Shown here: in pieces, positions 30,325-38,884 of the stretch
Position numbering within the stretch: the stretch's first letter is position 1
Layout: each line of letters starts with the position of its first letter
Source: Chloroflexota bacterium
Lineage (GTDB): Bacteria; Chloroflexota; Limnocylindria; Limnocylindrales; Limnocylindraceae
DNA length: 64,000 bases
Direction of reading: 5' to 3'
Assembly: GCA_026389555.1 (NCBI GenBank)
Contig: JAPLHQ010000072.1
Location: 23,215-87,214 of the forward strand
Notes under the pieces: model-generated
The model's input: only the letters and a program-made list of their open reading frames with translations
What the model was told of the DNA's origin: nothing
Database searches by the model: none
Made by a program: the position numbers and the translations under genes

Positions 30325-31334
30325 CGCAGACCTCGCAGCATGCGCAGGTCGTTCTCAAGGAAGGCACGCAGATCAGGGATCTCGTGTCGGAGCATCGCAA
30401 TTCGCTCAACACCAAGTCCGAACGCAAAGCCCTGATGTGTCTCCGGATCAATGCCGCCATTCTCTAGAACGATCGGGTGCACCATGCCAGCGCCGAGAAT
30501 CGTCATCCAACCATCCTTTGCGCCGCCCCACGAAACATCAACGGCAACAGATGGTTCGGTGAACGGGTAGTAGCCAGGTCGGAAGCGTGTCCGTGTGCTC
30601 GGGCCGAAGAGGCCGCGCGCCAACTCGTCAAGGATTCCCTTGAGGTCGGCGAGTGTTGTGCCGCGATCAACGAGGAGCCCCTCCACCTGGTGGAACTCAA
30701 AACCGTGGCTCGCGTCGACCGCCTCATAGCGGAAACAGCGACCTGGGAGGATCACGCGAATCGGTGGCTGCACGGCGCGCATCGTTCGGATCTGCCCTGG
30801 CGATGTGTGCGTGCGGAGGAGTCGACCTGGTTCACGGAGATAGAGCGTGTCCCAGAGATCGCGCGACGGGTGGTCCTCAGGGATGTTGAGCAGCTGGAAG
30901 TTTGTGACGTCGTCCTCAACCTCTTGCCCTTCAGCAACGGTGAAGCCGAACGAGGCCATGATCCGCGCGATCGCAGCGATCGTTTCAGGGATCGGATGCA
31001 GAGAGCCAAGCTGTGGGAGCGGTCCAGGTGCCGTGGGGTCGGTCGACTCTGCGGCGATCAGCGCGCTCAACTCCGCTGCACCAGCGGCGCCGCGTCGATC
31101 GCTCAGCGCAGCATCAATGGCGGCGCGCACCTCATTCGCAATCGCGCCAATCTTCGGACGATCCTCCGCGGAGAGTGCGCCGATCCCGCGGAGGAGATCG
31201 GTCAGTGCGCCGCGCTTGCCGAGGAGTGAGGAGCCGAGTTCGTCAAGGGCGGCACTCGTTTCGGCCGCGCCGATCTTTGCGATCGACTCAGTTTGGAGGG
31301 TACGGAGTTGCTTCTCGAGTGCCGCGAGCTCCAC
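30321..31334 (-). CDS. pheS: phenylalanine--tRNA ligase alpha subunit
   Basis: Class II core motifs (FRYEAVDASHGFEFHQVEGL, GAGMVHPIVLE). Overlaps the pheT start by 4 nt. Confidence 0.95.
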   Translation of the reverse strand: MELAALEKQLRTLQTESIAKIGAAETSAALDELGSSLLGKRGALTDLLRGIGALSAEDRPKIGAIANEVRAAIDAALSDRRGAAGAAELSALIAAESTDPTAPGPLPQLGSLHPIPETIAAIARIMASFGFTVAEGQEVEDDVTNFQLLNIPEDHPSRDLWDTLYLREPGRLLRTHTSPGQIRTMRAVQPPIRVILPGRCFRYEAVDASHGFEFHQVEGLLVDRGTTLADLKGILDELARGLFGPSTRTRFRPGYYPFTEPSVAVDVSWGGAKDGWMTILGAGMVHPIVLENGGIDPETHQGFAFGLGVERIAMLRHEIPDLRAFLENDLRMLRGLR

Positions 31335-31351
31335 GGCTGCGACCTAGCGCG

Positions 31352-31702
31352 TCAGGCGCGCTTCGCTACGTCCGCGACCGCAGTGAAGGCCGCAGCATCG
31401 CGAACGGCGAGGTCAGCCAACATCTTCCGGTCGATCGCAACGTCGTTGCGCTTCAGGCCGGCAATAAAGACAGAGTAAGAGAGACCGTTCAGTCGAGCGG
31501 CCGCGTTCACGCGGTGGATCCAGAGCTCACGCATCTGGCGCTTGCGCTGCTGTCGGTCACGTGTTGCATATGCGAGCGCGTGAAGGAGTGCCTCACGTGC
31601 TGGACGAATGAGCTTGGAGCGCGTACCGCGACGCCCAGAGGCGGCTTCGAGCAGGCGCTTATGGCGCTTATGTCCCGCAACTCCGCGCTTTACTCGTGCC
31701 AT
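31352..31702 (-). CDS. rplT: 50S ribosomal protein L20
   Basis: [23 protein letters not shown]...[27 protein letters not shown]. Confidence 0.97.
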   Translation of the reverse strand: MARVKRGVAGHKRHKRLLEAASGRRGTRSKLIRPAREALLHALAYATRDRQQRKRQMRELWIHRVNAAARLNGLSYSVFIAGLKRNDVAIDRKMLADLAVRDAAAFTAVADVAKRA

Positions 31703-31726
31703 ACGTGCTCCTCTCCCCTACGCCGC

Positions 31727-31927
31727 TCAGCCGCCGTACGGCAGCAGGCGTGAGATCTGATTGTGATGCGTGTTGCCAAGCACCGACTTCCCCGAGTAGC
31801 GGCGGATGCGGCGCTGTGACTTGATTTCAAGGTGGTGACCGCGCCACGCCATGACGTGGATCGGCTTACCTGTGCCGGTGAAGCCGATGCGCTTCGAGGC
31901 CCCCTTGTGCGTCTTCATCTTTGGCAT
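31727..31927 (-). CDS. rpmI: 50S ribosomal protein L35
   Basis: MPKMKTHKGASKRIGFTGTGKPIHVMAWRGHHLEIKSQRRIRR. Confidence 0.95.
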   Translation of the reverse strand: MPKMKTHKGASKRIGFTGTGKPIHVMAWRGHHLEIKSQRRIRRYSGKSVLGNTHHNQISRLLPYGG

Positions 31928-31928
31928 G

Positions 31929-32513
31929 TCACTCCCCTTCGGATGAGCTGGTGGTTGGTTCGGCTAGCGTAGCGGAACTTGCCGCGGACGCCTCCCGAGC
32001 CTTCGGTTTCGCCAATGCTAGCAGTTGGATCGAGAGGAAGCGTCCCTCGAGGAGCGGGGGGCGTTCCAGCTGGGAGACGTCCGATAGCCCCTCCACGACC
32101 CTGGTCAGAATCCCCTGCCCGATCTCAGGGTGGGTCATCTCACGGCCACGGAACTTGACCGAGAACTTGACCCGGTCCCCAGCCGAGAGGAACTTGTGGG
32201 CCTGGCGGATCTTGGTCTGGAGGTCGGCCTCTCCAATCTTCGGGGTGCAGCGGAGCTCCTTCAGGTCGGCCGTCTTCTGGCGCTTCTTGGAGTCCTTCTC
32301 CTTCTTCTGCAACTCGTACTTGTACTGCCCGTAGTTGAGGTATTTGCAGACTGGTGGGGCTGACGTGGGGGCGACCTCTACAAGGTCAAGCCCGCGCTCT
32401 TGCGCCTGCCGAAGGGCTTCGTGTGTGGGGAGAACGCCGAGTTGGTTTCCATCTTCGTCGAGGACGCGCACCTGTGGCACGCGGATTTGAAGATTGATTC
32501 GCAAGTCCTTAAT
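31929..32513 (-). CDS. infC: translation initiation factor IF-3 (probable AUU start codon)
   Basis: RINLQIRVPQVRVLDEDGNQLGV plus N- and C-domains. The ORF track starts at TTG 32504; in-frame ATT at 32511-32513 has GAGGG 8 nt upstream (see findings). Confidence 0.92.
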   Translation of the reverse strand: MKDLRINLQIRVPQVRVLDEDGNQLGVLPTHEALRQAQERGLDLVEVAPTSAPPVCKYLNYGQYKYELQKKEKDSKKRQKTADLKELRCTPKIGEADLQTKIRQAHKFLSAGDRVKFSVKFRGREMTHPEIGQGILTRVVEGLSDVSQLERPPLLEGRFLSIQLLALAKPKAREASAASSATLAEPTTSSSEGE

Positions 32514-32608
32514 CGGCTACACCCTCACGATCGTCTGTATCACTCCCTGCGGAGACCTTCCACGGGGGCGGCAAGCGTAGCACCTCGAGGCACGGGAGGA
32601 CTTCCCGC

Positions 32609-34447
32609 TCACGAAGCGCTGCGTGAGGCGGCCTTCGCGGCGAGTGTGGCGGCAAGTGCCTCCCAACTCGTTGCCGGCTCCTGCGTCCCGTCACGCCAGC
32701 GAGGGGCGGCCCCACCCGCTTCAATCTCTTTATCGCCGAGGACGAGCATGAGCGGAACCTTCTGCTCTTGCGCAAGGCGAATCTTGTTCTGCATCCGTGC
32801 AGATGACGCATCAACGGAGACGCGGATTCCTGCGGCGCGAAGTGTTGCGGCGCCAGCGGCGGCCGCCTCTTCATGGCGATCAGAGATTGGGATGATGACG
32901 ACCTGCTCAGGGGCGAGCCAGAAGGGGAAGGCGCCAGCGTAGTGCTCCACCAAGATGCCGATGAAGCGCTCAAGCGACCCGTAGATGGCGCGGTGAATCG
33001 CGATCGGTCGGACACGCTCCCCCGCCTCATCCACATACTCAAGGTCGAAACGCTCAGGGAGCATGGCAAGGTCCACCTGAATCGTTGCCGTCTGCCACTC
33101 GCGACCGAGCGCGTCGCGCACGATGATGTCGATCTTTGGCGCGTAGAAGGCACCGTCGCCCGCGTTGAGGCGCCACTTCGCGCCAGATCGCTTCAGCGCC
33201 GATTCAATCATCGCCTCGGCCTTCTCCCAGAGCTTCGGATCGCCGAGTGCCTTTGCAGGCTTGGTGGAGAAGACGAGCTCGACGGGGAGATCAAACCAGC
33301 CGTAGACCGTGGCAACCTCACCGAGCAGGGCGTCAATCTCGCTCTCAATCTGATCCGGTCGCACGTAGATGTGTCCGTCGTCTTGAATGAAGTGACGCAC
33401 GCGCGTCAGGCCACTCAGCGTCCCAGAGAGTTCGTTGCGGTGCAGTCGACCGTACTCTGCAAGGCGCAGCGGAAGGTCGCGGTAGCTGCGCGTCTTTGTC
33501 TTATAGATGACGGTGCTCTCCGGGCAGTTCATCGGCTTCAGGCTGAACTGCTCACCTTCAGATTCAATGACGAACATGTTCTCGCGGTAGAGCTCCCAGT
33601 GTCCCGACTGCTCCCAGAGGCGCTTGCTGACAATGATCGGCGTGGAGATCTCTTGATAGCCGCGCGCGTCTTGCAGATCCCGCATCGCGCCCTCAAGTGT
33701 GCGCCAGAGGAGTTGCCCCTTCGGATGCCAGAAGGCGCTACCAGGAGAAACGTCATGGAAGGAGAAGAGGTCGAGCGCCACACCGAGTCGTCGGTGGTCA
33801 CGCTTCTTCATCTCGTCGCGACGCCAAATGAACTGGTCAAGCTCATCTTGCGTATCCCATGCGGTCCCGTAGATGCGCTGCAACATCGGCCGATCGCTCT
33901 TGCCGCGCCAATACGCGCCAGCAACGGAGAGGAGCTTGTACGGGCCGATCTTGCCGGTGCTCTCCACATGCGGCCCACGACAGAGATCCTGGAATTCGCC
34001 GTGCGTGTAGGTGGTGACGTTCGGCTTCGGCTGGCCGGCCGCTGCAGCCTTGGTGGCGAGATCATCCATGATCTCGACCTTGAACGCCTGGTCGAGCTTC
34101 ACGAGCTTCGCGCGCGCATCATCAAACGCGTGCTCGTCCAACTTGAAGGTGTGATTTGCGGCGATGCTCTTCGCCATCTCCGCCTCAATTGACGCGAGGT
34201 CCTCTGGCGTCAGTGGACGCTCAAGGAGGAAGTCGTAGTAGAAGCCGTCGGTGATGGCGGGACCGATGCCGAGCTTGACGCCAGGGAAGAGGCGCATCAC
34301 CGCCTCCGCCATCACGTGCGCGGCGGAGTGGCGCATGCGGCCGAAGTGGTCAGCGGCGCCAGCGTCGAGGAGTTCGTCGGCTGAGCCACGCGTTGGCGCG
34401 GCGAGGAGCTCCTCTTCGAGTGCCGCCTGGACCGCCTCTTCAGCCAT
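32609..34447 (-). CDS. thrS: threonine--tRNA ligase
   Basis: TGS and second-site editing domains, class II core (FHDVSPGSAFWHPKG, RLAEYGRLHRNE) and a C-terminal anticodon-binding domain. The track start at 34516 would overlap tRNA-Val, so I use an internal Met near 34447. Confidence 0.9.
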   Translation of the reverse strand: MAEEAVQAALEEELLAAPTRGSADELLDAGAADHFGRMRHSAAHVMAEAVMRLFPGVKLGIGPAITDGFYYDFLLERPLTPEDLASIEAEMAKSIAANHTFKLDEHAFDDARAKLVKLDQAFKVEIMDDLATKAAAAGQPKPNVTTYTHGEFQDLCRGPHVESTGKIGPYKLLSVAGAYWRGKSDRPMLQRIYGTAWDTQDELDQFIWRRDEMKKRDHRRLGVALDLFSFHDVSPGSAFWHPKGQLLWRTLEGAMRDLQDARGYQEISTPIIVSKRLWEQSGHWELYRENMFVIESEGEQFSLKPMNCPESTVIYKTKTRSYRDLPLRLAEYGRLHRNELSGTLSGLTRVRHFIQDDGHIYVRPDQIESEIDALLGEVATVYGWFDLPVELVFSTKPAKALGDPKLWEKAEAMIESALKRSGAKWRLNAGDGAFYAPKIDIIVRDALGREWQTATIQVDLAMLPERFDLEYVDEAGERVRPIAIHRAIYGSLERFIGILVEHYAGAFPFWLAPEQVVIIPISDRHEEAAAAGAATLRAAGIRVSVDASSARMQNKIRLAQEQKVPLMLVLGDKEIEAGGAAPRWRDGTQEPATSWEALAATLAAKAASRSAS

Positions 34448-34476
34448 TCGTTGCTCCCCTGCCTCCTCAATCGTTG

Positions 34477-34553
34477 TGGTGGGCGGTATAGGACTCGAAC
34501 CTACGACCTCAGCCATGTCAAGGCTGCGCTCTAACCAACTGAGCTAACCGCCC
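34477..34553 (-). tRNA. tRNA-Val (anticodon GAC)
   Basis: Reverse complement GGGCGGTTAGCTCAGTTGGTTAGAGCGCAGCCTTGACATGGCTGAGGTCGTAGGTTCGAGTCCTATACCGCCCACCA. Anticodon stem CAGCC/GGCTG, loop UUGACAU (GAC). GTTCGAG T-loop and an encoded CCA. Confidence 0.9.
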
Positions 34554-34588
34554 AAGGTCCCTGAGGATAGCCGATACACTCCCCGCCT

Positions 34589-35491
34589 ATGAGTGATGAG
34601 AGCGGAGAGCCCCTGGGAGCGCGTGCGGCGAGTGCCCCGCTGATCGTCTGCGTTGGCGACCTGATTGATGAGATCGCTGTCCGCCTCACGGCGCCATGGC
34701 GACGCGGGAGCGACGCAGCGGCACAGATCAGCCGACGACGTGGCGGGAGCGCCGCGAATGTCGCCGTCGCTGCGGCAGCGGCCGGTGGACGAGCGCGCTT
34801 CATTGGCGCGATCGGCAGCGACACAACGGGCGATGCACTTGAGGCGGCACTGCTCGCCGCGGGCGTAGAGCCGCTCCTTCAACGCGATGGACGCAGCCCC
34901 TCCATCATCGTGATCGTTGAGCCAGACGGTGAGCGCACCATGCTCCCCGATCGCGGTGTTGCAATGACGCTGACGCACCCTGGCCCAGCGGCACTCAGCG
35001 GCGCCAGCTGGCTCCACGCACCCGCCTACTCACTCATCGGGGAACCACTTGGTGCCACAACCAACGCGCTCTTTCGCGAAGCTGTCAGTGCGGGGATCGC
35101 CACGTCGCTCGATGCCTCCTCCGTTGGCGCACTCGCCGCATGGGGGCCTGAGGAGAGCCGTAGACGCTTCGGCGAAACTGGCGCATCACACCTTTTCGCC
35201 AACGAAGAGGAGGTTGAGTACCTTGATCTCATCGAGCGACCGATCCCGAACATGACCCTGATCGTGAAGCGCGGAGCGGGCCTTGCCGAGGTACGCGATC
35301 CTCACGGACGTCTCGTCGCCACACTTCCCGCACCGCCGCTCAGCGGGTCGATTGACTCAACCGGAGCTGGTGATGCGTTCGCAGGCGGCTTCGCAGTTGC
35401 ACGCGCAGGAGGCACAGCGTGGGAAGATGCGCTGCGCGCTGGGCACCGTGCCGCGAGCGCGCACCTGATGGAACAGCAGAAGCGGGGTTGA
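34589..35491 (+). CDS. psuK: PfkB-family carbohydrate kinase, probable pseudouridine kinase
   Basis: GGSAANVAVAAAAAG and C-terminal DSTGAGDAFAGGFAVA (PfkB signatures). Immediately followed (2-nt gap) by psuG. Confidence 0.7.
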   Translation: MSDESGEPLGARAASAPLIVCVGDLIDEIAVRLTAPWRRGSDAAAQISRRRGGSAANVAVAAAAAGGRARFIGAIGSDTTGDALEAALLAAGVEPLLQRDGRSPSIIVIVEPDGERTMLPDRGVAMTLTHPGPAALSGASWLHAPAYSLIGEPLGATTNALFREAVSAGIATSLDASSVGALAAWGPEESRRRFGETGASHLFANEEEVEYLDLIERPIPNMTLIVKRGAGLAEVRDPHGRLVATLPAPPLSGSIDSTGAGDAFAGGFAVARAGGTAWEDALRAGHRAASAHLMEQQKRG

Positions 35492-35492
35492 G

Positions 35493-36413
35493 ATGATCGT
35501 TCGATGTTCGTCCGAAGTTGCAGCAGCGCTCAGTGAGGGGCGTCCTGTTGTTGCGCTTGAGTCAACGATCACCTCAGCGCTCGGGCTCCCCGCTCCACAC
35601 AACCGCGATTGTTTTGACAGGGTTAACGCGGCGATTCGCGCGGAGGGTGCAGTCCCCGCACTCACCGGCCTCCTTGATGGCCAGCTCGTCGCTGGCGTAG
35701 AGCCTGGCGAAGAGGATCGGCTTCTTAACGCAACGCAGAAGCTTGCGGAGCGCGATCTTTACGGTGCGATGGCTGCGCGTCTCGGCGCTGGCGTCAGCAC
35801 CGTCTCAGCAACGGTCGCAATCGCCCATCTCGCTGGCATCCGCATCTTCGCCACAGGCGGCATTGGCGGCGTGCACCGCGGCGCGGAGCAGAGCTTTGAC
35901 GTCTCATCTGACCTTGGCGCCATGGCACGTCACCCAGTCGCCGTGGTGAGCGCTGGGGCGAAGGCCTTCCTTGATCTTGCCAAGACACTGGAAGTGCTCG
36001 AGACGCTCAGCGTTCCAGTGGTCGGCTATCAGACAGACGAGTTCCCCGCCTTCTGGAGTCGCAGTAGCGGGCTAAAGATTGCTCACCGTGTAGAGACACC
36101 AGACGCGATCGCCGCCACGATGAACGCGGCACGCGATGCAGGCTGGCCAGGAGGCCTCCTTATCGCCAACCCGATCCCTCGCGCCGACGAAATCCCATCT
36201 GCAGAGATTGCCGCCGCGATCGAAGAAGGCCTTGCCACTGCAGCGGCAGCCGGGGCAACCGGCCCAGCGGCAACTCCGCGCATCCTCGCCGCAATTGCCG
36301 CCGCGACGGCATCACGCTCGATTCCGGCGAATCTTGCACTCGCAGCGTCAAACGCATCGCTTGCGGCAAAGGTTGCCGTTGCGCTCTCGCGCATGAGCGG
36401 CGCTCGGAACTAG
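35493..36413 (+). CDS. psuG: pseudouridine-5'-phosphate glycosidase (IndA/PsuG family)
   Basis: RPVVALESTITSALGLPAPHN, IFATGGIGGVHRG and VVSAGAKAFLD, conserved PsuG blocks. Confidence 0.85.
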   Translation: MIVRCSSEVAAALSEGRPVVALESTITSALGLPAPHNRDCFDRVNAAIRAEGAVPALTGLLDGQLVAGVEPGEEDRLLNATQKLAERDLYGAMAARLGAGVSTVSATVAIAHLAGIRIFATGGIGGVHRGAEQSFDVSSDLGAMARHPVAVVSAGAKAFLDLAKTLEVLETLSVPVVGYQTDEFPAFWSRSSGLKIAHRVETPDAIAATMNAARDAGWPGGLLIANPIPRADEIPSAEIAAAIEEGLATAAAAGATGPAATPRILAAIAAATASRSIPANLALAASNASLAAKVAVALSRMSGARN

Positions 36414-36436
36414 CTTCTGAAACTAGTCGTCAAGAA

Positions 36437-37783
36437 CTAGGCGCTCGGCGCCGTTGCACTGTGTCGCGGTCCGCGGACGATCGAGAGCAGCGCCACCACC
36501 GCGATCAAGATCCCCACACCGAGGAGCGTATTCGTTGCGCCAATCGCATCGGCGATCGGTCCTACCGCAATAATCGGCGCAAAGCTGCCAAGGCTGACTA
36601 GCATGTTGAGCACGCCGAAGACACGCCCACGCACCTCCTCTGGCAACTCCTCTTGCAGCGCAGTCTGGGCTGGAATGGCGACGAGACCATAAGAGGCACC
36701 AGCAAAGTAGGCGACGAAGATCACGGTGGCGAGCGCTGATGCGCCACTGCCGATCGGAAGTCCGCCGAGCACGCTGGCGCCATCAGAGATCGCACGACTG
36801 ATCGGTTCGGCGAGCGCGAGGAGGGCGAGGCCGGCGCCAACACCGAGCAGCCCTCCTTCGATGAGTCGGCGGCGAGAGATTGCCTGCCCCCAACTGTTCA
36901 GCGCCAAGATTCCCGTGACCACACCAAGCCCAATCGGCAAGACGATCAACCAGAAGTCGCGAGCCTCAAGTCCGAGCGCATTCGCAACGTACTCTGGCCC
37001 GAGAACGCCCATTAGGCCAACGACGCTTGCGGCAATTGAAAGATAGGTGAGCGACCAGAGGACAGAGCCGTTCGCGCGGATGTAGCGCAGCCCCTCCATT
37101 AGTTCAGATGTTGTAGTCCGTGTCGTCTCCCGTGTTGAGGCGCGCAGGCCCTCTGCGTGTGCGGTGGGTGGCGCAGCCGGAAGGCCAATGCACAGGATTC
37201 CAGCGATCAGGAAGAGACCTGCAACGAACACGATGGCTGCCTCTGGTCCGGCGATGCGCACAACGGCGGGGCCGAGCAGTGCAAAGCCGAGCGCGAAGGC
37301 TGCATTCAGGGTGAAGGTGAAGAGTCCGTTTGCTGATGTGAGCTGATCTCTTCGGACGAGCAGCGGGATCATCGCAAGCTCCGCCGGCGCAAAGACCGTC
37401 GTCATGAAGCTCGCAAAGATGTTCAGCAGCATCACGGCCCCAAGCGAGTCGACGCTACCAAGCATCAGGAAGAAGGCGGCGGCGCGCGAAAGGTTCGCCA
37501 CGACCAAGACGAGTCGCTTATCGAGGCGATCCACCCAAACGCCAGAGATCGGCGAGAGGAGGACGGCGGGGACGAGGAAGCTCAAGAAGAGGAGGCTCAG
37601 CGCTGAGGTGGAGCTACTCCGCTCCGCAACAAGAACGGTGAGTCCGTAGAGGACGACGTTGCCGCCGATCTGCGTAAGGAGTTGGGCGATCCAGAGGCGC
37701 AGGAAGGCGCCGTTTCGCAGCACCCCCACATCTGGGGGCTGCTGGAAGTCAGGGATCTCCTTCTTTATCTGTGACTCGCTCAC
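36437..37783 (-). CDS. major facilitator superfamily transporter
   Basis: 448 aa with about 12 predicted TM helices and an MFS-like loop (VDRLDKRLVLV). Confidence 0.75.
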   Translation of the reverse strand: MSESQIKKEIPDFQQPPDVGVLRNGAFLRLWIAQLLTQIGGNVVLYGLTVLVAERSSSTSALSLLFLSFLVPAVLLSPISGVWVDRLDKRLVLVVANLSRAAAFFLMLGSVDSLGAVMLLNIFASFMTTVFAPAELAMIPLLVRRDQLTSANGLFTFTLNAAFALGFALLGPAVVRIAGPEAAIVFVAGLFLIAGILCIGLPAAPPTAHAEGLRASTRETTRTTTSELMEGLRYIRANGSVLWSLTYLSIAASVVGLMGVLGPEYVANALGLEARDFWLIVLPIGLGVVTGILALNSWGQAISRRRLIEGGLLGVGAGLALLALAEPISRAISDGASVLGGLPIGSGASALATVIFVAYFAGASYGLVAIPAQTALQEELPEEVRGRVFGVLNMLVSLGSFAPIIAVGPIADAIGATNTLLGVGILIAVVALLSIVRGPRHSATAPSA

Positions 37784-37808
37784 GCTGCCTCCATCCTGCC
37801 GCTTCCTC

Positions 37809-37884
37809 TGGTGCCCCCGGCCGGAATCGAACCGACGACGCCCGCCTTAGGACGGCGGCGCTCTATCCACTGAGCTACGGGGGC
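37809..37884 (-). tRNA. tRNA-Arg (anticodon CCU)
   Basis: Reverse complement GCCCCCGTAGCTCAGTGGATAGAGCGCCGCCGTCCTAAGGCGGGCGTCGTCGGTTCGATTCCGGCCGGGGGCACCA. Acceptor stem GCCCCCG/CGGGGGC; anticodon stem CCGCC/GGCGG with loop GUCCUAA (CCU). Encoded CCA. Confidence 0.85.
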
Positions 37885-37926
37885 CCGTCAAGATGGTAGC
37901 CCAGCGCCGCGTGGGAGAATACGGGG

Positions 37927-38196
37927 ATGGAGACGCGCAGCATCACCCTCTACAGTCGGCCCGAGTGCGAACTCTGCGTGGAGGCCCTTGCAGCCCTCCG
38001 CCAGATTGTGGCCGCCTCCCCCACCCCGCTCGTCATTAGCGAGATCAATGTCGAGGGGGATCCAGCGCTGCATCAACGCCTCCTCACGGAGATCCCTGCC
38101 GTTGAATACGGGGGTCAACTCCTCTCGCATGCAACGAGTCAGATGCGCATTGCAACGTTTATCGCCAAGGTTGATGACACGGTGCAGCATGTCTGA
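37927..38196 (+). CDS. glutaredoxin-like/thioredoxin-fold small protein (CxxC)
   Basis: 89 aa; ITLYSRPECELCVEA (CxxC in a thioredoxin-fold context). Stop overlaps the ccdA ATG (ATGTCTGA). Confidence 0.6.
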   Translation: METRSITLYSRPECELCVEALAALRQIVAASPTPLVISEINVEGDPALHQRLLTEIPAVEYGGQLLSHATSQMRIATFIAKVDDTVQHV

Positions 38197-38881
38197 GGTG
38201 AGCCTCCTCACCGCAGTCGCGGCGGGACTCTTGAGCTTCCTCTCCCCGTGTGTTCTTCCACTCGTCCCGGCATACCTTGGCCGACTCGCATCGTTAGCGA
38301 GCGGTGAGTCGGCAACGCTCCATGCACTCCTCTTTGTGAGTGGATTCAGTGCCATCTTCACCCTCCTCGGCGTCGGCGCCGCATACGCTGGCGGTGCACT
38401 TGGATCGGTTCTACCCATCGTGCAACTTCCACTCGGTCTCGTTGTCTTCTTCGGCGGCCTGCACCTTGCAGGCGTTGTGCGCATCCCAATCCTTGATCGC
38501 AGCCAGGCGCCCCATAGCTACTCCGCCGCTGGGCGCAGTGGCAGCCTCCTCCTTGGCGCCGCATTTGCGGTGGCATGGACGCCGTGTATCGGGATCGTGC
38601 TCGGCTCAATCCTTGCGCTCGCCGCAACAGGGAGCGATCCGATCGGCTCCGTTGCACTCCTACTCAGCTACAGCGCGGGGCTCGGCCTCCCATTCATTGG
38701 GCTGGGAGTTGTTGCGCAGCGAAACGCTGATCGACTCCCTGCGCTCCTCTCACGCTTGCGGAGAGGGACGCGCCTCGCTGGCCGAGTCGGCGGCCTCCTC
38801 GTTGCGGCGGTCGGACTCGCGATCGCCGCCGGACTCCTTCCAACACTGGCCCGCCTCCTCCCAGGAATCCAAGGGCTCTAG
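38189..38881 (+). CDS. ccdA: cytochrome c-type biogenesis protein CcdA (DsbD family)
   Basis: MSEVSLLTAVAAGLLSFLSPCVLPLVPAYL (conserved Cys) and a second Cys in WTPCIGIVLGS; six TM helices. The longer track ORF 37988-38881 is rejected in favour of the internal ATG. Confidence 0.85.
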   Translation: MSEVSLLTAVAAGLLSFLSPCVLPLVPAYLGRLASLASGESATLHALLFVSGFSAIFTLLGVGAAYAGGALGSVLPIVQLPLGLVVFFGGLHLAGVVRIPILDRSQAPHSYSAAGRSGSLLLGAAFAVAWTPCIGIVLGSILALAATGSDPIGSVALLLSYSAGLGLPFIGLGVVAQRNADRLPALLSRLRRGTRLAGRVGGLLVAAVGLAIAAGLLPTLARLLPGIQGL

Positions 38882-38884
38882 TAC

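Noticed and set aside
34448-34516. thrS start at 34516 (ORF-track start)
   Set aside because: Would overlap tRNA-Val by 40 nt, and the encoded residues (MAEVVGSSPIPPTTTIEEAGEQR) are the tRNA sequence read in frame. An internal Met near 34447 was chosen.
37988-38881. 297-aa long form of ccdA beginning inside the glutaredoxin-like gene
   Set aside because: Conserved CcdA N-terminus (MSEVSLLTAVAAGLLSFLSPCVLP) begins at ATG 38189. The extension has no membrane-protein character and overlaps the grx-like ORF in another frame.
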